Assembly (NCBI GenBank): GCA_026026165.1
Contig: JAPEUD010000017.1
Coordinates: 62,001 to 126,000, forward strand
Source: Sarea resinae
Lineage: Eukaryota
Direction: 5' to 3'
Length of the DNA stretch: 64,000 bases
The notes beneath the pieces are model-generated. The model did no database searches, had not been told where the DNA came from, and saw only the letters and a program-made list of their open reading frames with translations. How positions within the stretch are numbered: the stretch's first letter is position 1; each line of letters opens with the position of its first letter. Shown one piece after another: positions 1-10,661 of the stretch. Both the position numbers and the translations under genes were made by a program.

Positions 1-2126
1 CTCATCCTGCCTCGAGCCGAGGAAATGCGAATCGTCCGCCATGGCGAGACAAGGAAAGCTGATCAGACATGATGAGGAATCACCATGGGTATTTCACGCG
101 GTCTCCAGCCAAGGCGCAAGCGACTCGCGGCGGGAACCTTTCCTTTCCGACCTTAGATGGCCCACCGGAGGAGCAAGCAAGGCCGGATCGCAACGAAAGA
201 AGCCTAAGAATGCGCTTAGAGGGGGTCGACGACTTACCGAGTCCACAGGGCTGAGGCGGCGGCCTACTTGACGGCGAACAGATGAAACTATTCTGTTTGG
301 TCGGCGAGGCAGGGGAGCGGCTGTTATGTAATGCAAAACTCATCGGGAGGGTTCAATGATGGAATAGGCACAGATGAGAGCCAATTGCTGCGTGGAGAGC
401 GGCAAGTTCAGTGTTGTCTTCGTTGATTTCTTTGGGTGGGCAAGCGTGAGCACCTCCAGCAGCGAAGTTGGTACTGCGCAGTAGGGTAGCACACCTTCCG
501 TCGGATACCACCCAAGCACTGCAGAGTGGTAGGATACTTGAGCTATCGAGAAGACGAGTCGACGATATTGAAGCTCTCTGAAGAAAACACGGCGAGCACT
601 GCAGATGAGAAAAGGTCGGCCGGAGATTGTCGCCCTTGATAGGTCACCGCCCTGGATTGCACCACAGCTTGGCCAATGGTGCAATTCACCCTACAGCAAG
701 AGCAGATGAGTCGATGGACCTTTTATCACGCAGAGGGGCACACGGTCAGGTAAGGCGTCCGTCACATTGAATGAGTATTGTGAGTCAACCCGGCGACGGT
801 ACTGCGCCGTCGATCTGATATCGATCAAGAGACGAGCAAGAGACGAGCGTTCTGGCCCAACTACGGATCGCTTTTTGCTTCTTCCAAGGGATAAATGTAT
901 CCATGTATACACGATCGCCGATGGTGCCACGGACTCGACGATATCGTTGCACCTAGTCGATGATCCTCTCCTTGCAATCGTGTTCCTGACGCGCACATTT
1001 CGAGGTCAAGACCCTTGGTCTCGTCGTGATAATCGATCCCGTCGCGTCAGTCATCTCCGGCTACCCGAATTGTGACCGAGCGACCACATGGAACCCAGCC
1101 GACGAGACTGATGCAGAATGTGTCCAGGACTCCAGCTCACCTTCGTCCCGTACGGAGTACTGCATGCACCGATCGGACCTTACCGTGGTCGATAATGTGG
1201 CAATCGAGAAAAGCATCGCTGCCTGATCGGCAGAGTAAGCTGCTCCCAGTAGATCTTCCACTGAACTGAACCCAAGAACGAATGCTCCTGCCTTTTGGTC
1301 CATTTGCACCGCCTGACCGCCTTTCCGCCATTGTCGCTTAGCCCAGGGACTCGCTATCGGCTTATCAGATGTGTGGCTGAGCAAGCCGCCCATTCATTAT
1401 GACAGCCACACCGCCCCCATGCTTCAGTAATGTACTCGGAGTACATTTCATACATACGGAGTAGACCAAGGACGGGCGCTTGATCATTGATCCGCTTCAC
1501 CCCTTCTCCCCTCTCCCCTCTCCCCTCCCCGAACTGACGGCCCACGGTGCTCAGCGAATCGCCAAAGTCAAAGAGGTGAAGCTGCTACCGCTGCATGAAA
1601 CTAGGTCAGCCGTGACAGCCTCTCTTGGGCGAGCAATCAGAGCATGACAACACAGGACTTGCACGTAGCAGCTGTTTCGTCTCGTCTTCCCTCGTCTCCC
1701 CTCGTCTCGTTAACCCTCCATGGAGCCATCCTTCCCAGATTCCCTGTCTCCGTTCGTCTCGAGCAACTGGTAACCTGGCTACCTACCTGGGAAACCTGGC
1801 ACACCCTTCTTGAAGGTGGCTGAGCCTTCCACCACGACGTCAATTCACTGACCTCGTCGATAATATCATCATCAGTTGCCTCAGTCTTTGTTTGGTGGAG
1901 GCATTGCTTTGAAGTTTGGCGCTCATTTGTCCCTGATCCGAACTCTTTGTCCTCGCGCGGCTTAAAGAAATTCAGCAATTCCTTCCATTTATTCCAGAAG
2001 GCGACTTCTTATATCTTCTACATAATTCATCTCATTACTTACATCTCACTCAAATAGACGCCTGAATTGGACAGCTCAGCTCCGGATCGCTGCGTCCGTC
2101 AAGCGAGGTCCTAGCAGCAAGCAATC

Positions 2127-3538
2127 ATGGTACAAGTTGGCGAGACGATTGCGGTGGTCGATAAGTCAGGCAAGATAATCAGCACAGTAAGGCTTCATTC
2201 CTCCCATCTCAGTGATACGGGTCATCCTGACTCGCTTGGTAGAGCAAACACCTTCTCGCCGTCTTCAAAGAAGCCAAAAGCGCCTACCGCGAAAAGAAAG
2301 CCACCATCGCCGCCGACCGCCAGGCCGAAGTCGACGCCAAAAACATCCGTCGTGCCCCCAAAGCCTTCACCATCGACGACGATGTCCGCTCAGACACTAC
2401 ATCGCGAGCCTCGTCGCGAGGTAGCCATCGGAGAAGCAAGCATGCCTCTAAGCATCATCAGAACTCGGGTCGAAATCATGACAAAGACCTCCGACGAAAA
2501 CCAATGCCAGCCGACTTTCACTACACGCCAGATGAGCATTATCCTGTAGAAAGGCACGAGCTCACCCGGCGCCATACCACCGCTGATGGCCACGAGCTCG
2601 GGCTCGTCCGCGCGCAGCCAGTGCGCACCGTCTCAACTCCCAGCTACGAGCATCACCACGACGACCACCATATCGACATGGACCTCGCATACGGAGACAT
2701 CCCCCCTCCGCTCCCTCCAGCTGCAGACGAGGAGAAAGAGCTCGCAACTCGCGTGTCAAAGATAACCATGCTGCTCGATGAAGCACACTGTCTCCAGTAC
2801 ACCGCTACTTCGATGATCGCGCACCTTCAAAAGAACCCTGACGCCATGGCCGCCGTTGCGCTCACGCTCGCAGAGATAAGCAATCTTGTCGCCAAGATGG
2901 CTCCTGGGGCACTCACGGCGCTCAAAGCCAGCTCGCCCGCCATCTTCGCCCTCCTCGCATCGCCGCAATTCATGATCGCCGCCGGCGCAGGTGTGGGCAT
3001 CACCATTGTGGCTCTGGGGGGTTATAAGATTGTCAAGAAGATTCAGGCTAGGAATGCCGAGCGGGAAGAGCCGATGGCGATGGCGATGGAGGCCGAGAGA
3101 GGCGGAGATGACGTGGCCGAGCTGCAGGAGATCGGCGGATCCGTCAATAATATCGAACACTGGCGTCGCGGGATCGCAGACGTCTCAGCCGAGAGCTATG
3201 GCACGAGTGTTGATGGCGAATTCATCACCCCCGATGCTTTTGCTCTTATGAGAGGTGCAGCTGTGGGCGACGAAGCCATCAGACCCAGGACCAGCGGCGG
3301 CATCAGAAACGCGGATTGGGACCGAGACACGCCCTCGGCGCTTATGCCGGATACACTGGTTCGATCGAAGACTAGTGCTGGCGACCACCCTCGACGGGCG
3401 TCTTCTCACCGCGCGAAAAGCACGACGAGCTCGCACTCGAGGTCTAATTCGAAGCGCGGCAGCAAAAAGTCAGACAAGAAAACTGGTAAAGCAGAGAAAA
3501 AGCCGTCCGGCTTGAGATTACTATTCCATGCTGCGTAG
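2127..3538 (+). CDS. Conserved fungal hypothetical protein with a hydrophobic/TM segment; 2 exons (2127-2186, 2243-3538)
   Basis: GTAAGG...CTGAC...TAG intron 2187-2242 joins MVQVGETIAVVDKSGKIIST to SKHLLAVFKEAKSAYREKKA, in frame with ORF 2504-3538. Contains DMDLAYG, LLDEAHCLQY, NPDAMAAVALTLAEISN and a hydrophobic AAGAGVGITIVALGGYK segment, a pattern I recognise from Pezizomycotina hypothetical proteins. Confidence 0.85.
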
Positions 3539-4325
3539 TAGCGTTTTCTTGAAATCCTCGTGCGCCCTATTCTGATTTTGTGCTTTTTGCTCAGGATCTC
3601 TTATCATCGATGGTTTTGACTTTGAGCGTGGCACATCTAGGCGTTGGGCATTTAAATCAATGCGATCATGACTCAAGACCGGCGCTTTTTCTTTTTCTAC
3701 CTTTTGATTTGCATAGCTAGATCATTTGGTGCCTGCTTCGACTCTTCTATTATCATACATGCAGACGTATATACCTCTTGTACATGCATGATCCTCCTCT
3801 GACAGCTTCAAACGAGCAAGCGAGAAAACGGAAACAATGAAGGAACGGCCAAGGAAGCCAGCGAGCCAGCTCAACAACCTTACCTAAGCTTCTACTCTGG
3901 CGCCTACGTCATTTTTTCATCTTTTGCTTTTCTCAGCTTACCCTTCGACCCCGGGCTTTCATCGTATACAGATCTAATTCTCTCTTCTTGATTAGAAAAC
4001 ATATGGTCCAATTCACAGTGACAACGGCCTCCTCGGCTTTGTCCTCTTTATACCCGGATCGTGGTGCCTTGCTAGTGAGATTATCCTATAGTTCGAGGAC
4101 AGGGTGCACCACGACGATAACCACAACCACAACCACAACCGTCACGGCCACAGCCCATGGCCACGATTGCAAAGCAACTTACGCAGAAGCCCACTTGAAT
4201 CTGATCTAGACTAGACCGATTGACTGGATTTCAAAGCCACTGAGTAGCAGATACACCCGACGGGCTGGCTACTAAGGCTCTTAATCTGGCCCTTGTTGAT
4301 CTGCCCAGGAGGGGTCTGAGAGATT

Positions 4326-4450
4326 GGTAGGTAGGTAGGTAGGTAGGTAGGTAGATGGGTAGGTAGAGTAGATGGGTAGGTAGGTAGGTAGGGTAGGTAA
4401 GCAGGGTGGTAGGTAGAATAGAGTAGAGTAGAGTAGAGTAGAGCAGAGTA
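4326..4450. repeat. Compound microsatellite (GTAG)n grading into (GAGTA)n
   Basis: Directly visible: ggtaggtaggtagg... followed by gagtagagtagagtagagta. Confidence 0.95.
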
Positions 4451-5111
4451 GCAGCGAGCCAGTCTAGAGGGACAGAAGAAGAGCAATACTAGGAATGCTA
4501 ACTTGTTTTTATTAGCGTTGTTGTTGTCGTTGCTTTTGTTTGATCGTGGTAGTGTGTTATTTGGTTGGTTTATCGAGATTGTTTACTTTGCGTATTTCTC
4601 TTACATCCGCAACTCCTATCCCTTCCTGTACTACCCCTCTTTTCTTCTATTCGCTCCTCTCTACTCCTTCTATTCACTACTTTCTCACCCTTCACTACTA
4701 AACAGTGCAACCTAATCATTCTGCTGAATTAGCAGCCGACTATAGTCAGATTGCCTACTACCCTCTCTCTCTTTCTCTGCAGTTTCTTTACAATCTTGCC
4801 ACTCTCTATTTTTAGATCCGGTATCCTCTAGATCTAAGAGATCTTGCTTATAGAGAAAGAAGGGGCGGGATCAAACTACATGTGCCTTTCCTCACTCTTC
4901 TATTCTGTTTTCTCTGCGTAAGAAATAAAACGAAGGGAGGGAGGAAACTATTAATATTTCTCGAATTTACTGACTTTGTTTAGTACGACAATAGCTTTCC
5001 TCTCTGTAGGAGACGTTGTTTGAAAAGACAAGTCGAGGATGCTAATGCCATATATTACTTCAGAGATAGCGATAGAGAACAGTGAATATGTGTTGGTAAA
5101 GAGGAAACATA

Positions 5112-5133
5112 ACACACACACACACACACACAC
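5112..5133. repeat. (CA)n microsatellite
   Basis: Uninterrupted acacac run; a shorter one lies at about 5688-5700. Confidence 0.95.
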
Positions 5134-5821
5134 GTAAGAGTACTAGAGAAAATAGCACTTACCCTGCCGGGCAAAAGGTACAACAGCATGTAAAAATAAG
5201 CCAGGTGAGGTGGTATATCCGTGCAGTGAATACCACGCTCAGACGTCTACTAAAGTCTACAGAACAATAAGTCTACCGAAAACATCACTTTTTTCTGCGT
5301 ATTGACATTCCTATTGACTTTGATATAATAACAACATAAGATATAACACGTTGGTAACTTCTAATTAATTGATAAGGCCCTCTACCGACGAGACTGAGAC
5401 TGCGGCGTGGTGTGAAGGAGACCTGTCAGGGTAGGTAGCGTACTTAGGGGGTCCAGGTACGTGGTAGACTCAACACCACAATAAGAATCTCACGATAGCA
5501 ATACCACAATAGCAATACCACAATAACAACACCAATAACACTCACTTTAACCCTATCACATACACACTAATTAGACCTCGCCTCCTTGCACGTCATAAAA
5601 GCAGTCACCTTTATTCAGTTGCAGAGAGAACCCCTATTGACTCTCTCTATTGTCATCGCCGACACACGTAGAATCGAAACATCTAAGACACACACACACA
5701 GCCCCCCTATTCCCCCAACTCTCCTTCTCAATAGATCCGAATCGGGAATACCACGTCGATATTGACAGAGGATTCACAGTATTTGCAGCAATAACACGCA
5801 TGATAGGCGAGATCCTCTAGG

Positions 5822-5880
5822 TATATAAACCAGCTGGGCCCCCCGTTCTTCCTCCTCTTCCTTTTCTTTCTTTCTTTCTC
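5822..5880 (+). promoter_or_regulatory. TATA box plus CT-rich tract upstream of the 6056 orphan gene
   Basis: TATATAAA at 5822-5829 followed by a pyrimidine tract (ttcttcctcctcttccttttctttctttc), about 230 nt before ATG 6056; typical fungal core promoter. Confidence 0.65.
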
Positions 5881-6055
5881 CAGATCAGAAACCAGAACGA
5901 AGACCTTTTTCTAAGAAGATTATCATCCAGAACCACTCACGCCGGAAGACTCCTTTGTTGATCAAAGCTTTCGAAGACGTACATATCTTCCTCATCATAA
6001 CCATCTTCATCATCTTCCTTCTTTCTTCCTCCCAGATCGTTATCATACCATCATC

Positions 6056-8128
6056 ATGACTTCGTTCACGGATCCAAGCATCGTTGCAGAGGAAGCATCA
6101 CTCCGGCAGATGATGCTCGTCCTGGTGTGGGCATGGGTCGACCAGCTGGCCTGGCGCCTTGGGTACAAATTGTATACATTGCCAATCCGATTCTTCTTTC
6201 CAATCTTCGTTGTGCTGGGCTCTTTCTTCCTCTGGCTCTTTGACGGCCACGTCCCAGCAACCGTATTCGCGTATCTCGTCTTCTTGCTCTTGGTGGCCCA
6301 TGCAGTGGGCTGGTTCCTGCTGTGTGGGCCAATCGAGCGTGAGTGTCGTCGTCTTGCCGGTGTCCTCGACCTGTCAAATGCCACCAACGACCACCTCAAG
6401 CGCCAAACGCACCGGGCCATTGCCGATCTCGAGGCCGCGGAGAAGAGGCACGCAGTTTTCGTCACGGACCGCACGCACTGGGTTTCACCAGCGGAATACC
6501 AAAAATATGTCGACATGAGGAACTTGTGGGCGAGGCAGGACCTCCGCCAATGGCAGCAAGAGAGGACTGGTTTCCTCGAGGTAAGTCATCTGCTCTGCGC
6601 TTCCTTCTATCTTACCTTCCAGGATCTGCTCTAATCATTGACCAAACAGATCATCGCTGAAGCAGCCAAGCGCCGCGACGAGGCCGAGCCTCGAAGCAAG
6701 ATACTGAACCAGAAGGCGAAAGTCGAAAGTTTAGAGGAGCTGGTCTCCCAGCAGGTCAAGCAACTGGCCTTGCTGCAATCTGAACTCAGGGACTTGGAAA
6801 AGAAAGCTGAGGCCAAGGAACGGGTGAGTGAACATAACAATATTTATCTCTTCAAAGAATATCTCGTCCATACTGACTCGTCTCTAGCAAATCAAAAAGG
6901 CAAAGCTAGAGGCCGAAGGAGCCAAAGCCCTGAAGAAAGAGGTCCAAGACCTCAAGAAAGAGCTTCGCGCGTGCAAGAGCGTAAGCATATCTGCCATCTG
7001 CTCTAGAGTGACCGTGAAGTCATGCTGACCTCTTTCAAGCACGGCGAAACATTGACCAGAGAGGCCGAGAGAACTATCACGCTCGAAGCCGACTTGAAGC
7101 AGGCGCTGGTCGCTTGCATGGCAATGACAGAAAAGGCCAACAAAGTCGCGGCCCTGGAGGCCCAAATTGAAGGCCTAAAGCAAGAACTGAGAGACTGTCG
7201 CCGTGTACGTACTTCCAGAGCCCGCCCCTAACCTTACTGCCTACCGGAACCGTACTGACCTTTCTCTAGCATGGGGTGGAGATGGCCGAATACAAAAAGA
7301 AAGCCAACTTGCAAGAGGCACATGTGCACGACCTGAAGAAGCAACTAAAGAAGTGCAAGAATGTGAGCATATCCAGAGCCATGCTCTTAACCAATCTTGA
7401 GAGCCATACTGATTTATCTTTAGCATGGAGAGCAGTTGAAGAAGGCGCTGGCCGCCTCCGAGACCAAGGCCAAGACGTCCAACGCGTCGACGCAGACGCA
7501 TATGATTGCAAATGCTCCTGCTTCTGTTGCAACGGTCCCAGCCACCGCGACACAGACGAACATGGCCTCACCTGCTCCTACACCTGCGCCTTTGCCTGCT
7601 CCTTTTCCTTTTCCGGTTGCTTTTCCATTTGTCTTCTCGGGGCCTACCAATATCGCTCCACCTCCCCCACCTCCACCGGCGCTGGCGCCCCCCACTTGGA
7701 CACCAGCAAATGGCATCCCGGGTCTGCCGCTCATGGCCAACATCCCGCCCTCTGAGGCATTTACGGGCTTCCGCCCAACAGGACCGGAGATGGCGTCTGC
7801 CGGGAGCCCTGTCGCTGGCGGCGAGGCCCCTGGCAAGCCGAGCCCAAAGGATGGTGCTGAAGAAAGCTCCAGCCTGTCCGATCCGTTGGACGATGTGAGC
7901 GGGGACGAGAAGGGTGAGACGGAGGAAAAAGATGGGGACGACCCGGCCTACAATTCGGGCGATGAGGTCCCCCTGTGGGCTCCTGAGTCAGGGGAGGGGG
8001 AGGCTCGGGAGGGCTCTCTCTTCCCCAGCGCGGAGCCTGCAGAGGTCGAGGACGAGGACGATGACGAGGAGTTCAACCGTCTCCTCGGGGAGGAAATAGA
8101 CAGGGCTGAGGAAGAGGGAGCTATATGA
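6056..8128 (+). CDS. Orphan membrane-anchored coiled-coil protein, about 584 aa; 6 exons (6056-6580, 6650-6823, 6888-6980, 7040-7204, 7270-7362, 7424-8128)
   Basis: Five phase-0 introns with consensus donors (GTAAGT, GTGAGT, GTAAGC, GTACGT, GTGAGC), CTRAY branch points and YAG/AAG acceptors splice into one open frame. N-terminal hydrophobic helices, heptad K/E/L-rich middle, Pro/Ala-rich linker, acidic tail; TATA box upstream. Confidence 0.8.
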
Positions 8129-10661
8129 AGCTCTCCCTCCCGGGCGCGGAGGGTGGGGGACGGGGAAAACATCGGGCTCCTGCCGGTCAGGATACAAGGA
8201 GGAAGGTAAAGCCAAAAAGACACAAAAACACTTGGCGGAGGAAAGATTGTTGTAGATAGAAGAGCTAGTCTAGGAAAGGGGTTGGAGCAGCCAGGAAAGA
8301 TGCTTGCAAGGTCGAGTTGGAATCGTTTCGAATCTCATGGTATTCGTGAGTACAAATCAACAGAATACCAAAGCAACGTGCTCCACCTTCTGAGAGCGTT
8401 AGACTGAACGAGTCTCTCCAATCCAGTTCAAAGCCATGGAGCCAGGGACAATCGACTCCAGATGCCTGTTTGCCACTCTCGCGGATACCGGATCAACTCT
8501 AGCAAAAGCCAACTTCTTCTTAGCATTTCACTTTTTTTTTCTTTCCGTTATCTCGTTATTACTCTGTTCCAAAATATCTCTTTGTTTCTTAGATTCTATA
8601 GTTTAAGTGGGGGCCCCCACATATCTGTGATCTCTTTCCGTCGCGCAAGATTCCTATGATATATATTAAGATACAACATGCCTTGAAGAGCCGGTCCAGA
8701 CAAGCACTGAAGGAGGTAAGACTCTCTTTTTCTTGCGGACGGGCAATCCCCGCCCGGCAGAGATGGAAGGTCAGGATGACGGCACCCAGGGGATGCATGC
8801 TGCCAGTGGTGGACGCACTGCGCGCCGTAGATGCTGACGAGCGACCCACTCTCTCTCTCTCAAGCCCTTCCTCCTTTGGAGGCGGGGTTCGAGCGGGTAG
8901 GGGAGCAGGGATCGTCGGGTCTATCCGGTCACTCGAAGGATCTCACGCTGTTCGGAACGGAAACCACGTGGAGCCTAGTAGCCCGGATGTTCGGACGGCT
9001 GAAGCACCGGACGATTGACGGGAAGGTCAAGGTGTATCTGCCCTGGCGCGCCGGGGTGGGCATCCAACGGTGTTTGGGATGGTCGAAGGGGTGATCGCTA
9101 GAGTCGAGTAGCTGAGGCAATTTGAGGTGGCGTCTTGTTCATGCATGCGGCTCAACGATCTGGATCCCTCCAACCCCGAATCGATCACGAAAACGGCGAT
9201 CATGATAGTATTAAGATTGGAAAGCGCTGATCAGGCCGGGCAAGTCTTTGCCACTCCGTCTTCCGTGCTTTAATATACTCACTGCATGGTAGGACATATA
9301 GAACCATAATATATCCAGGTAAGTCTTCCTCGCAAACGGGTCCCGAGGTGGCGAAGCGAAGAGCGCAGCTTAATCCAGAGCTAAGTCTTCCCTTCCTGTT
9401 TTTGGCATGGATAATTCAGGCTAAAATTGAAATTGACAGGTTCAAACCAGGGATTCCAGGAGACGCTGCATGAACAAGACACTGCTAAAGAATTGCCAAG
9501 GAAGCTCTTGGCTCGAACGATCATTCTGGAAGCCATTCTTGATACTTGAGGATAATACACTGAAGCCGACCTGTCCTGACTCCGGAGTGGATTTCGAATG
9601 AACTGATGGGAGAAAAGTTCCGTGTGGGGTCTTAGTAGGTCCAGAAGGGAGACTGAGAGTAGCCGGACCCGCAAGGGAGGCAGCAGCATGTTCTCTGAGG
9701 CCTGACTGACCTTTTTCGACCCTCCGAGAGGCTTGTTTGATCCACCTGCTGTGTGGGAGGAGAAGAACGAAAACATTCAAAGTGCTAGAGGATCAACGAG
9801 CTAGTATAGGCATTTCCTTTTCGATTTATTTCGCTTTTTTCTAGCGGTATATTTCCTTTTTCATTCTGCAATCTTGCCGATCAGTTGTTCTCGGCATTTC
9901 TTCTTATGTTAAATTATCCCTGGCAGAGTTGATTCGGCATCCGCGAAGAGGAACGGCAGCAACAGCAGGAGCATCGTGTATGGAGGGCGGCGGGATTATA
10001 GGAGTATCTGGACGGCGAGGGGTTCATGGTCTGGAGTTGGGAGGAGCGTGTATCAGATACTTGTTTTAGCCTTCAAATCAAGCCATCTGACGCGTCGAAT
10101 GGGCCTGCCCGTATCGTGATTGATGTGATTGATGATTGAATTGTTGGAGAAGCCCTTCTGTTTGTTTGTAGACTCTATTCAGTAGCTAGACGGCATTGGT
10201 CATGGACCTGCTCTCAGAAAAGGCTGTTCGTATCTCTTATCATGCTATATTTGATCTAATGAGTGGACGCTGATATATATTTGAGGTCGTAGTGCTTTCC
10301 TTGGTGTTGTTGTTGGTGTTGTTGTGAGAGGTGAGACATCCTGCTTTGTCGTCTAAATTGGCGTCGGCAAGTCGCGAGCTATCACTAGGGCGGAACTAGA
10401 CTAAAAGGGAGCTTCTCCATATGGGCGCGAATACTCGACATCCATACCATCTACACCAGAGCTCAGAACTGCAACATCTCATACGATATATAGCATCTAC
10501 CAATATCAGAGGCGAGCTCTCCTCTGCCTTCTATCTCGCCCTCAAGTACATTCTGCTCCGGAAGGTTTTGGTAGAACAGGCGTTGATCGGGGCCAGGACT
10601 GAGCGGACCATGATGATTCCGAGCTCCTTCGATCGGCTCCCCGTTTATCGTGCCCAGCAGC

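Noticed and set aside
1..1400. Several 60-115 aa ORFs on both strands at the window start
   Set aside because: No recognisable motif, codon bias or consistent exon chain; a gene tail at 1-271 cannot be excluded but is unsupported.
1506..1526. Three tandem CCCCT (STRE-like) words upstream of the 2127 gene
   Set aside because: Indistinguishable from a (CTCCCCT)3 simple repeat without expression data.
4200..10400. Intact transposon or Starship around the orphan gene
   Set aside because: No transposase, reverse transcriptase or tyrosine recombinase ORF, and no convincing TIR, LTR or TSD found by eye.
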